This document shows positions 40,544-49,317 of a stretch of DNA of 64,000 nucleotides, piece after piece (position 1 is the first letter of the stretch; every line of letters begins with the position of its first letter). Origin of the DNA: Candidatus Kaiserbacteria bacterium (GTDB taxonomy: Bacteria > Patescibacteriota > Minisyncoccia > Phycocordibacterales > UBA2100); NCBI GenBank assembly GCA_016432285.1, contig CP066682.1:352933-416932 (forward strand), given 5' to 3'. Both the position numbers and the translations under genes were made by a program. The notes below the pieces were generated by a model. The model worked only from the letters and a program-made list of their open reading frames with translations. It was not told where the DNA came from and searched no databases.

Positions 40544-42185
40544 GGCGGATCATGTCGCGCTCGATATCTGCAAGCGTACCACCAACTTTTTTTCCGGGGT
40601 TCAGAATGCCCGCCGGATCGAATATGCGCTTCACCTTCGCGAAAAGATCGCACATCTTCTCTCCAAACATGATCGGCAGGTAGGGCGTGCGCACGATTCC
40701 GTCGTTGTGCTCGCCCGTGATCGATCCGTGGTATTTCGCGACGAGCCGGTACACACGATCGTCGAGCTCCATGATCGTCTGCCGCGACTTCGGCTCCCCG
40801 AGATTCATCAGGGGGATGATGTGAAAATCCGCGTCGCCGATGTGCCCCGCGATCGTGTAGATCAGATCGTACTCACCGAGGAGCTCCTGTAGTTCCGGCA
40901 GGAAGGCGGGATAGTCGGCAGGATGCACGACGATGTCGTCGATAAAAGGTGCCGCGTGGAGGCCCCGGAGGTTTTTCCGCAGCAGCGAGAAGCTTTCGCG
41001 GCGGATTGTCCAGTACTTTGCGGCAGCGGTCTCGCTCCCCGCTACCGTGGCCTTCACCGGGATCCCGTGGAGCGAGTCGGCCGCGCGGTGCGCTTTTTTT
41101 CGCGCCTCTGCGAGCGAATCTTCCGCAAACTCCGCAAGCAAGACCAGCTTCGGCACGCCGCCCGTGAGGGCCATCCAGGTTTCTGGAATGAACGAAAAGC
41201 CCAGTTTGACCATCTGCAAGAAACCGAAGTGCCTGATGATCTGCGGCATGAAGCGCACCGCGAGCCGGAAGGTCTGATCGTCGTAGCTCTCGAAGGATTC
41301 GGGAGAAAGCGCGAGCACGCGGCGCACGATTTCGGGCAGCGTGTTGAGATCCGAGAGAAAGATCACGAGCATGGATTTTTCGGGCTTCAGCTTCACGAGG
41401 CCGATCTTTGCTTTAGTCACGATCCCAAGTGTTCCTTGGGAGCCCGTGATCAGCTGCGTGATGTCGAATGTGTCGTGCTCGCGATCCCACACTTCCCAAA
41501 GCGCGTAGCCAGCCGAGTTTTTGGAAACGCTTGGCCGCGCTTTTTCGATTTCGTCGATATGCTCCTCGATAAGCGCGCGGACCTCGCGGTATACGGCCCC
41601 TTCGAAATCGTGTTGCGACTCCTTCTGCTCCCACTCCGGCCTCGTGAGAGGCCGCATAATCACTTTCGATCCGTCGGAGAGGATCACGTCGAGCGCGCGG
41701 ACATACTTTCTCGTCTGTCCGTACTTCAACGTGAGCTCGCCGCCGGAGTTGTTGCCGATCATGCCGCCAAGGGCGCAGATCTCGCGCGAAGCGGGGTACG
41801 AGGGGATCAGCGCGCCCGCCTTCGAAAGTGTGATCTTCTCGAAATCGCGGTAGTACACGCCCGGCTCCGCGATTGCATAGTCGGTGCCTACGTCTTCGAT
41901 CGTTTGCATGTATTTTGTGAACACGAGTGATATTGAGCTGGTGAGCGGCCCACCCGTCATGTCGGTGCCGGCGGAGCGCGGTGCGATGCTGATGTCTTCA
42001 CCCTTTTCTTTTGCCTCGCGTACGAAACGAACGACCGCGGCCACGTCATCGGCATCTTTCGGAAAGACCACGACGCTCGGGCGCCTCTCGAAAATGCTTG
42101 TGTCGTGGCTGTAGAGAGCGCGCGTGTTATCGTCGTCGGCGACATCGCCTTTGAGGAGGGGAGCGAGCCGCTCGCGCAGTGTCAT
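40536..42185 (-). CDS. FAD-linked oxidase (GlcD/D-lactate dehydrogenase family)
   Basis: FAD_binding_4 pattern (VVFPKDADDVAAVVRFV...ISIAPRSAGTDMTGG) and a C-terminal FAD-oxidase domain. It overlaps the DoxX-like gene by 8 nt. Confidence 0.8.
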   Translation of the reverse strand: MTLRERLAPLLKGDVADDDNTRALYSHDTSIFERRPSVVVFPKDADDVAAVVRFVREAKEKGEDISIAPRSAGTDMTGGPLTSSISLVFTKYMQTIEDVGTDYAIAEPGVYYRDFEKITLSKAGALIPSYPASREICALGGMIGNNSGGELTLKYGQTRKYVRALDVILSDGSKVIMRPLTRPEWEQKESQHDFEGAVYREVRALIEEHIDEIEKARPSVSKNSAGYALWEVWDREHDTFDITQLITGSQGTLGIVTKAKIGLVKLKPEKSMLVIFLSDLNTLPEIVRRVLALSPESFESYDDQTFRLAVRFMPQIIRHFGFLQMVKLGFSFIPETWMALTGGVPKLVLLAEFAEDSLAEARKKAHRAADSLHGIPVKATVAGSETAAAKYWTIRRESFSLLRKNLRGLHAAPFIDDIVVHPADYPAFLPELQELLGEYDLIYTIAGHIGDADFHIIPLMNLGEPKSRQTIMELDDRVYRLVAKYHGSITGEHNDGIVRTPYLPIMFGEKMCDLFAKVKRIFDPAGILNPGKKVGGTLADIERDMIRHG

Positions 42186-42203
42186 CGTATGAAGTATAGC
42201 AAT

Positions 42204-42237
42204 GAAAAAACGGCAGACCGGAGCCTGCCGCTTTTTT
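42204..42237. terminator. Bidirectional terminator
   Basis: AAAAAA-CGGCAG-ACCGGAGC-CTGCCG-CTTTTTT. Confidence 0.8.
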
Positions 42238-42251
42238 GGTGGTTCGCGAGA

Positions 42252-42461
42252 TTACTTCGCGAACCGATAGCTCAGCGCGCCTGCCGGAAAGTCTTTCGGC
42301 AAGGCACCGCGCTTGATCATCGCGTCGCAACGCGTCGCCACTTCGGGTTCGCCCATGCTACCCGTCGGAAAGATCGCCCCAGTCCTATTCGGAGTATCCG
42401 CCTCCGATTCAACCGCGTACGGGATGAGGGGAGGAACTTTCGTTGTTTTGCCACGTGCCAT
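42252..42461 (-). CDS. Small hypothetical protein (69 aa)
   Basis: GAGGA lies 7 nt upstream of ATG 42461 (MARGKTTKVPPLIPYAVESE...). Its 3' end lies in a 9-bp hairpin, GGTTCGCGA/TCGCGAACC. Confidence 0.4.
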   Translation of the reverse strand: MARGKTTKVPPLIPYAVESEADTPNRTGAIFPTGSMGEPEVATRCDAMIKRGALPKDFPAGALSYRFAK

Positions 42462-42548
42462 CGCACATCCTCTCATTTCGAGCGCCATGCTCGGTTTGCG
42501 AATGTTGCCAGACTTGTAACGATAGTCAACTGATAAAGTAAAGTTCAC

Positions 42549-42577
42549 TTGACCGGCGCCTGCGCCGTAGGCAAGAT
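42549..42577 (+). promoter_or_regulatory. Promoter of the XRE regulator operon (leaderless geometry)
   Basis: TTGACC (42549-42554), 17-nt spacer, CAAGAT (42572-42577), then 6 nt to ATG 42584. Confidence 0.55.
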
Positions 42578-42583
42578 AGGCAA

Positions 42584-42790
42584 ATGCAGGAGCGCGTTGC
42601 AAATACCGTACAGTCCGCACGGATGAAGGCTGCCATCACGCAGGAGGAGCTGGCCGCCGCGGTCGGCGTCAGTCGTCAGACGATTATCGCCATCGAGAAG
42701 GGTAACTATGCTCCTTCGATCCTGTTGGCGCTCCGGCTCGCGCGCTACTTCAAGACGCCCGTCGAAAAATTATTCGCTATCGAATCGTAG
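42584..42790 (+). CDS. XRE-family HTH transcriptional regulator (YozG-like)
   Basis: [47 protein letters not shown]. Confidence 0.9.
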   Translation: MQERVANTVQSARMKAAITQEELAAAVGVSRQTIIAIEKGNYAPSILLALRLARYFKTPVEKLFAIES

Positions 42791-42791
42791 T

Positions 42792-43142
42792 ATGAAGGAA
42801 ATCCTCGCATCGCTCGCTCTCATCGTGCTCCTCGTGTTCATTCTCAACCCGTTCCACTTTTGGATGCCGATGCCGATACAGATTGCAGTCCTGGGAGGTC
42901 TTGCGGCGGCGTTCGGGGCGATTGCGGTCTTCGCGTTGCGAGAGCGGGCGGCTGACGAGCGGGAGGCGGCCCACCGCAGCTTCGCAGGGAGAATCGCATA
43001 TCTTTCTGGAGCCGCGGTGCTGCTCGCGGGTATCACACTCCAGAGTCTCGACCATAGTATCGATCCGTGGCTCGTGGGCGCCCTCGCCTTCATGGTGGTC
43101 GCAAAGACGGCTGCACGCATATACAGCGACCTCTACAGTTGA
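42792..43142 (+). CDS. Small membrane protein (4 TM) co-transcribed with the XRE regulator
   Basis: The ATG lies 1 nt after the XRE stop. This regulator/membrane-protein pairing is typical. Confidence 0.6.
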   Translation: MKEILASLALIVLLVFILNPFHFWMPMPIQIAVLGGLAAAFGAIAVFALRERAADEREAAHRSFAGRIAYLSGAAVLLAGITLQSLDHSIDPWLVGALAFMVVAKTAARIYSDLYS

Positions 43143-43171
43143 GATTGTCCACAGGCGGATGTAAAGTCAAT

Positions 43172-43199
43172 TTGACATTCACCGGACGCTTTTTATACT
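43172..43199 (+). promoter_or_regulatory. Near-consensus sigma70 promoter of the Trx/DipZ operon
   Basis: TTGACA (43172-43177), 16-nt spacer, TATACT (43194-43199). Confidence 0.7.
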
Positions 43200-43227
43200 G
43201 ACCTTTATTAGTCTTTAGCGCGATACT

Positions 43228-43782
43228 ATGGCGACACAAAAAATATTCGTGTGGATAGCGGGTGTGATTATCATCCTCGGCGGCGGCTACTTCCTCTTCT
43301 GGGGCAGCGCACCGAAATCGGATGACTCGATGATGAAAGGGGAGACGATGGAGCAGAAAGATGCGATGCAGGCTGGGGGACAGACGATGCAGAAAGATGA
43401 AATGATGCAGAAGGAAGACGGCGCGATGATGGAAGGAGATACAATGATGGAAGGCGACGCCATGATGCAAAAGAGCGGCTCGTATGAGGCGTATGCTCCC
43501 GAAAAGCTGGCGAGGGCCGAAAGCGGCGACGTCGTACTTTTTTTCCGGGCGTCGTGGTGCCCCACCTGTAAGGCGGTCGACACCGATATTCGCGCGAATC
43601 TCGGTTCGATCCCGGCTGGGCTCACGATCCTCGACATCGACTACGATAACTCCGCGGCGCTGAAGCAAAAGTACGGCATCACCTACCAGCACACTTTCGT
43701 GCAGGTGGATTCTAAGGGTACTCTGATCAAGAAGTGGAGCGGTTCCCCGACGCTCGCCGCGCTCGCGCGGGAGGTGCAATAA
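43228..43782 (+). CDS. Membrane-anchored thioredoxin with a Met-rich linker
   Basis: WCPTC active site. Residues about 30-85 carry at least 18 Met in repeats such as MMKGETMEQKDAMQAGGQTMQKDEMMQKEDGAMMEGDTMMEGDAMMQK. Confidence 0.8.
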   Translation: MATQKIFVWIAGVIIILGGGYFLFWGSAPKSDDSMMKGETMEQKDAMQAGGQTMQKDEMMQKEDGAMMEGDTMMEGDAMMQKSGSYEAYAPEKLARAESGDVVLFFRASWCPTCKAVDTDIRANLGSIPAGLTILDIDYDNSAALKQKYGITYQHTFVQVDSKGTLIKKWSGSPTLAALAREVQ

Positions 43783-43784
43783 GC

Positions 43785-45515
43785 ATGGTATTGCTTCTCG
43801 TCTCGTTCGTCGCCGGCGTGCTGACCGTGCTCGCTCCGTGCGTGCTGCCGCTCCTTCCCGTCATCGTCGGCGGCTCTTTGGCGGGCGGATCTCGCCGGCG
43901 CGCGTATGTGATCACCGCATCGCTCGCGCTCTCGATCGTCGTCTTCACGCTCGTGCTGAAGGCCTCGACCGCGCTCATCGGGGTTCCTGAAGAGATCTGG
44001 CGGTATCTTTCTGGGATCATCGTGATGGTCTTCGGCCTCTTTCTCCTTTTCCCCGACGTGTGGGCCTCAATTCCCGGCGTGAACGCCTTGAATATCGGCT
44101 CGAACAAGCTGCTGGCGAGAGGGTATCAAAAGGGGAGCTTCTGGGGAGACGCGCTCATGGGCGCTGCGCTCGGCCCAGTGTTTGCCGGCTGCTCGCCGAC
44201 CTACTTCATCATTCTCGCGACCGTGCTTCCGGTACAGCCGCTTGTCGGGATCGTGTATCTCGCAGCATACGCCGCGGGCCTCTCGCTCATGCTCCTCTTG
44301 ATAGCGTTCCTCGGGGATCGACTCGTGCAAAAGCTTGGGATCACCATCGAGCCGAGGGGATGGTTCCGGCGTGGCATTGGAGCACTCTTCGTGATTGTGG
44401 GCGTACTGGTTTTCACCGGCGTGATGCGGGACATCGAGGTGTGGTTCGTTGAAAAGGGACTGAACTTCAGCCAACTCGAGTATTTGCTCCTTGGCAACGA
44501 AGAAGCGCGTGCCGCCGCATCGGTCACGGATCTTTCGCCCGAAGCGAAAGCGACTGCCTACGAGAAGGCGCCCGAGCTTGTCTCTCCCGCGGGTTACCTC
44601 AACACGGAAGGCGAGCCGATCACACTCGAGAGCCTCCGGGGCAAAGTGGTACTGTTGGACTTTTGGACGTACAGCTGCATCAACTGCCAGCGCACCTTCC
44701 CGTACCTGCGGATGTGGTACGAGAAGTACAAAGATCAGGGCCTTGAGATCGTCGGTATTCACACGCCCGAGTTCGCTTTCGAAAAAGTGAAAGCCAACGT
44801 CGAGAACGCCGCCACCCGTTTCGGATTGACCTATCCGATCGTGCAGGACAACGACTACGAGACCTGGCGTGCATACGGCAATCAGTACTGGCCGCGAAAG
44901 TATCTCGTCGATATCGACGGTTACATCGTGTACGACCACATCGGCGAAGGCGCATACGAGGAAACCGAGCAAGCGATTCAGCGCGCGCTCGCGGAGCGGG
45001 CACGGCGACTCGGGCAGGAGATGCCGCAGCAAGCGGCTGGTGAGGCTCCGGAAACGGTCGCCGTTGAGCCGGGCCGTGTCGGAAGTCCGGAAATCTATTT
45101 CGGATCATCTCGCAACGAGTACCTCGGCAACGGGGTGCAGTATCGAAGTGGCACGCAAAATTTCACGCTTCCAGATCGTATTTTTCCAAATGTTCTTTAC
45201 CTCGGCGGCAGGTGGGAATTTACCGACGAGGCCGCTCGCAGCGCGTCGGCGGGCGCGGAGATCCGCTTTACGTACACAGCCAAAAACGTCTACCTCGTGG
45301 CCTCGGCAGAGAGCGGCGTGCGAATCAAAGTAACGCACGATGGGGGAAAGGCTCTCGGTGCGACGCGCGGGGCGGATGTCGATGCAGACGGGTACGTGAG
45401 AGTCACTGAAAGTGGCCTCTACCACCTCGTGGAGAATGATGACTACGAAACGCACCTACTGGAGATCACGATTGAAGGCGCGGGGCTCGAGGCGTACACC
45501 TTCACCTTCGGCTAG
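43785..45515 (+). CDS. DipZ-like protein: CcdA/DsbD transmembrane domain + thioredoxin-like (redoxin) domain + C-terminal beta domain
   Basis: LAPCVLPLLPV (CcdA), FWTYSCINCQRTFPYL (CxxC redoxin), and a C-terminal domain of about 150 aa as in mycobacterial DipZ. Confidence 0.8.
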   Translation: MVLLLVSFVAGVLTVLAPCVLPLLPVIVGGSLAGGSRRRAYVITASLALSIVVFTLVLKASTALIGVPEEIWRYLSGIIVMVFGLFLLFPDVWASIPGVNALNIGSNKLLARGYQKGSFWGDALMGAALGPVFAGCSPTYFIILATVLPVQPLVGIVYLAAYAAGLSLMLLLIAFLGDRLVQKLGITIEPRGWFRRGIGALFVIVGVLVFTGVMRDIEVWFVEKGLNFSQLEYLLLGNEEARAAASVTDLSPEAKATAYEKAPELVSPAGYLNTEGEPITLESLRGKVVLLDFWTYSCINCQRTFPYLRMWYEKYKDQGLEIVGIHTPEFAFEKVKANVENAATRFGLTYPIVQDNDYETWRAYGNQYWPRKYLVDIDGYIVYDHIGEGAYEETEQAIQRALAERARRLGQEMPQQAAGEAPETVAVEPGRVGSPEIYFGSSRNEYLGNGVQYRSGTQNFTLPDRIFPNVLYLGGRWEFTDEAARSASAGAEIRFTYTAKNVYLVASAESGVRIKVTHDGGKALGATRGADVDADGYVRVTESGLYHLVENDDYETHLLEITIEGAGLEAYTFTFG

Positions 45516-46867
45516 AGGCCGCAGACGGAGCAGAGCTCCCGCAAGATGCGCGCGGTTTCCGCAGGGCCCGCGACTTCGCGCGTTTTGATGCCGGTCGGGA
45601 TCACCATCGCGTCGTTGCCCCCGCGCTTCAGATCGTCGCCCACAAAGAGCATATCCTTCGGCTCCACGCCGAGGCGCTTGCTGAACCAGCGGACACCCAT
45701 CGCCTTGTCGACTCCCTTATGGGTGATGTCGATCGCCGTGCGACCCGAGACGCGCACGTCAAAATCCTTGAGGCGCCTTCGGAGGTAGCGCGCCAGCTTG
45801 TTGCGCTTCTTGCGATCCGGATCCCATGCGGCCTTCAGATCGGCAGGTGCATCGATGCCGATCGCGGCGAGCGTTACCTGATTGTCGCGCGCGAGTATTT
45901 TCTCACCGTACTGCGGCGTGTTTTCCATAATCCCGGTCTCCGAGATGCCTGCCTCGAGTGTTTTCGTCACGCGCTCAAACTCACCAGAGCCGAAGGAATG
46001 GTTGAACTCCCGCGTCCATGCGCCGTCCTTGCAGAGGAAACAGCTGGCGCACGTGTCGGGGAAGAGATGCAAGTTGGCAAGATTCGCGTCCGGCGGGAGC
46101 GCCGAGAGGAGGTACGTTTGCATGCGCTCAAAAGATGCGCCGCTCATGACTGCGACGGGCAGGCCCCTGAGGAGCCGGGCGAGATGCTGTGCGACTTCGG
46201 GCGTGGGTTTCTGGAAGCTCTCGGCGAGCGTGTTGTCGAGATCGAAGATGATCGCCTTGGGGCAGCGCTTCACGGGCGCGTGGCGGCGCCACCACTCAAA
46301 GAGAAGCGGGATCGAGCTCAAGACGATGATTGCGAGCACGATCGGCGTGATGTAATTTTCGGCATCTGGGATTGCGCGCCCGAGGGTGTAGCCTGCGAGC
46401 GTGACGCCGCCCGCCCAGAGGAGCGCACCCACGGCGTTGTAGAAGAAAAACACTCGGTACTCCATGCTTCCCACGCCAGCAAGGATCGGCGCGAAGGTAC
46501 GTACCACCGGTACGAAACGGGCGAGTAAAATCGTCGACTTGCCGTAGCGTTTGAAGAAAGCGTTGGTCTGTTCCAGGTGCTGCTGCTTAAAAAAGCGCGA
46601 GTCAGCGCGCTTGAAGAGCGCGAGCCCGACCTTCGCGCCAAACCAGTATCCGACGTTGTCGCCGAGGATCGCGGCGAGCACCAAAAGCGGCGCGAGGATC
46701 CAGATATTGAAGATACCCGCCGAGGCGAGCACCCCCGAGGTAAAAAGGAGACTGCCGCCGGGCAGAAAAAAACCGAAGAACACGCCGGATTCGAGGAAAA
46801 TGATCCCAAAGAGACCGGGGTAGCCGATGAGCTGGACGAGCTGAAGGAGGTCGATCTCGAAGGGCAT
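45512..46867 (-). CDS. Fusion of a DedA-family membrane protein and a HAD-IIB phosphatase domain
   Basis: N-terminal part: GYPGLFGIIFLESGVFFGFFLPGGSLLF. C-terminal part: IIFDLDNTLAES ... VSGRTAIDITHKGVDK ... FVGDDLKRGGNDA. Confidence 0.8.
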   Translation of the reverse strand: MPFEIDLLQLVQLIGYPGLFGIIFLESGVFFGFFLPGGSLLFTSGVLASAGIFNIWILAPLLVLAAILGDNVGYWFGAKVGLALFKRADSRFFKQQHLEQTNAFFKRYGKSTILLARFVPVVRTFAPILAGVGSMEYRVFFFYNAVGALLWAGGVTLAGYTLGRAIPDAENYITPIVLAIIVLSSIPLLFEWWRRHAPVKRCPKAIIFDLDNTLAESFQKPTPEVAQHLARLLRGLPVAVMSGASFERMQTYLLSALPPDANLANLHLFPDTCASCFLCKDGAWTREFNHSFGSGEFERVTKTLEAGISETGIMENTPQYGEKILARDNQVTLAAIGIDAPADLKAAWDPDRKKRNKLARYLRRRLKDFDVRVSGRTAIDITHKGVDKAMGVRWFSKRLGVEPKDMLFVGDDLKRGGNDAMVIPTGIKTREVAGPAETARILRELCSVCGL

Positions 46868-46898
46868 GGAGACCTCGCATTCTACCAGGTCGCGTGTT

Positions 46899-48176
46899 TT
46901 AGACGAAAGATTCGGGGATGGGGAATTTCTGACACATTGACCGGATCTCTTCACGGATCTCTTCATGCCTCTTCTTGTCGTCCTTATTTTTCATCGTCTC
47001 CACCATGAGATCTGCAACGCGGCCGCACTCTTTTTCCGTGAATCCGCGCGTCGTGATCGCGGGCGGGCCGAAACGGATGCCGGAAGGATCCATGGGGCCG
47101 CGAGGATCGTCGGCGATCGAGTTTTTGTTGAGGGTGATGCCGACCTCATCGAGCAGCGTCTCGGCTTCCTTGCCGGTGAGCCCCAGGGAGCCGAAGACAT
47201 CGGCGAGAATGAGATGGCTGTCGGTGCCGCCGGTTAGCATGCGGACGCCGGAGTCCTTGAACACGGCCTCCATGGCTTTCGCGTTCTTGAGGATTTGTGC
47301 GGCATACTCGCGGTACTGCGGGGTGAGCGCCTCGCCGAAGCACACGGCCTTCGCCGCGATCGTGTTCATGAGCGGGCCTCCCTGAAGGCCGGGGAAGATA
47401 CTCTTGTCGATCTTTTTCGCCACCTCTTCGTTTTCTCGCGTGAGAATCATGCCGCCGCGGGGGCCGCGGAGGGTCTTGTGCGTCGTGGTCGTCATCACGT
47501 CGAATCCGAAATCGAAGGGGTTCTTCATGGCCTTCCCGGCAATGAGACCCGCGATGTGCGCGACGTCCATGACCGCATACGCGCCTACCTCGCGCGCGAT
47601 GTCCACGAATTTCTGATAGTTGAGCTCGCGCGGATACGCGGAGTAGCCCGCGAGCACGATTTTCGGCTTCTCCTTCTTGGCAACCTCGCGCATTTCGTCG
47701 TAGTCGATCTCGCCCGTGTCGACGTTTTTCATCTTGTAGCGGACGAATCGGAAAATCTTGGTGAGGTAGGTAACGGGGTGGCCGTGCGTAAGGTGCCCGC
47801 CGTGCGAGAGATCCATTCCAAGAACGGTGTCGCCCGGCTCAAGAAGCGCGAAGTAGAGGCCGATGTTGGCGTTGGCGCCCGCGTGCGGTTGCACGTTGGC
47901 GAACTTGCAGTTGAAGAGCTCTTTGGCGCGATCTCTCGCGAGGTTTTCCACGACATCGGTGTAGGTCTGGCCGCCGTAGTAGCGTTTGCCAGGGTACCCT
48001 TCGGAATATTTGTTGGTGAGGATGGAGCTGTTGGCTTCCCGCACCGCGCGAGAGACGTAGTTTTCGGAGGGAATCAGCTCGATGCCTTCAGCTTCGCGCT
48101 TCTCCTCGCCTTCGAGCGCTGCGTACACGTCCGGATCCTGTTTTTTGACGCTCCCGTACAGGTCGGTGCTTCTCAT
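46899..48176 (-). CDS. glyA: Serine hydroxymethyltransferase
   Basis: LIPSENY, SHGGHLTHG, TTTTHKTLRGPRGG. Confidence 0.97.
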   Translation of the reverse strand: MRSTDLYGSVKKQDPDVYAALEGEEKREAEGIELIPSENYVSRAVREANSSILTNKYSEGYPGKRYYGGQTYTDVVENLARDRAKELFNCKFANVQPHAGANANIGLYFALLEPGDTVLGMDLSHGGHLTHGHPVTYLTKIFRFVRYKMKNVDTGEIDYDEMREVAKKEKPKIVLAGYSAYPRELNYQKFVDIAREVGAYAVMDVAHIAGLIAGKAMKNPFDFGFDVMTTTTHKTLRGPRGGMILTRENEEVAKKIDKSIFPGLQGGPLMNTIAAKAVCFGEALTPQYREYAAQILKNAKAMEAVFKDSGVRMLTGGTDSHLILADVFGSLGLTGKEAETLLDEVGITLNKNSIADDPRGPMDPSGIRFGPPAITTRGFTEKECGRVADLMVETMKNKDDKKRHEEIREEIRSMCQKFPIPESFV

Positions 48177-48787
48177 AAAAGCGATTGTACCGTCTTCAAG
48201 ACTTCCGTCCAGACCTCCTCGAGAGGTTTGTCTGCGTCGATGACGACGGGCGTCCCGAATTCGGCGAGGTGTTTCTTGTAACCCTCCCGTACGCGCGTGT
48301 GAAATTCGATCGATTCGTTGTCGAAGCGCGTCGGCTCCTCCTCGCGGGAGTGGACGCGTGCGATACCGACTTCCGGCGACACGTCGAGAAAAATCGTCGC
48401 GTCGGGTTTGCAGTTTTCGAGAATGATATCCGAGACTTTCGTGTAGAGCGGCAGCAGCTCCGGTTTTTGCCGGCCGTAGATCTGGTAGGCGATGGAGGAG
48501 AGCGCGAAGCGGTTGGAGATTACATGTGTACCGCTCTCGAGCGCGGGCACGATGATCTCGGAGACCATCTGCGCGCGTGCCGCGAGAAAGAGGAGAAGCT
48601 CAGCGCGCACGTCGATTCCTTTCGTGCGCTCCGACATGAGGAGGTCGCGAATCTGATGCCCCAGGGCCGTGCCGCCTGGATCCTGCGTGTAGACGAAATC
48701 CGAAAATTCTTTCCTCAGCATGTCGACGATCGTGGTCTTGCCGGATCCCTCGCCGCCCTCGAACACGATGAATTTTCCACGCTGCAT
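48173..48787 (-). CDS. tmk: Thymidylate kinase
   Basis: KFIVFEGGEGSGKTT. The stop overlaps the glyA start (ATGA). The ATG at 48787 is preferred over the TTG at 48796. Confidence 0.9.
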   Translation of the reverse strand: MQRGKFIVFEGGEGSGKTTIVDMLRKEFSDFVYTQDPGGTALGHQIRDLLMSERTKGIDVRAELLLFLAARAQMVSEIIVPALESGTHVISNRFALSSIAYQIYGRQKPELLPLYTKVSDIILENCKPDATIFLDVSPEVGIARVHSREEEPTRFDNESIEFHTRVREGYKKHLAEFGTPVVIDADKPLEEVWTEVLKTVQSLL

Positions 48788-48801
48788 AGGCGGCAATTGT
48801 A

Positions 48802-49281
48802 CTACTCAAACTGATGTCCGATAACGTTGTCGGGATCGGATTTATTGAAAAGCTTTTCGCTGCCCTCAAGAAGGTACACACTTTTGATGCCCGCATCGAT
48901 CATCGTGCTCCAGCACGGCTCGCAGCACCACCAGTGGCCCCATAAATACAAATCTGCGCCCTTTGTATCTGCGCCGCTCTCCTTTGCGTTGCGGATCGCG
49001 GATGCCTCACTGTGATTCTCGTAGCCGCAGCCTGCGCAGAGCTCGTATCCGGTGCCCGTCGGGACGTTGTGCTTCTCACGCTCGCAGCCGTTTGTGTGCG
49101 GACCGGCGCCGATCGATCCGCGACCAATGATCGCGCCGTCTTTCACGATCACCGCCGCGCCCACGTGCCGGATCGTGTTGTTCTCCTTCGCGAAATCGCG
49201 CGCCGCCGCCATCCACGGATTCTCGAGGCGTACATACTCGATCGATCGGCCGGCGGGAAGATACGGGTAGGGGATCGTCAT
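48802..49281 (-). CDS. dCMP (deoxycytidylate) deaminase
   Basis: HSEASAI and CCEPC zinc motifs. The rest of the 458-aa ORF is antisense to thyA. Confidence 0.85.
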   Translation of the reverse strand: MTIPYPYLPAGRSIEYVRLENPWMAAARDFAKENNTIRHVGAAVIVKDGAIIGRGSIGAGPHTNGCEREKHNVPTGTGYELCAGCGYENHSEASAIRNAKESGADTKGADLYLWGHWWCCEPCWSTMIDAGIKSVYLLEGSEKLFNKSDPDNVIGHQFE

Positions 49282-49317
49282 TGCCAAAATGTAGCACGTA
49301 GTACAATGAGTCTCCTT

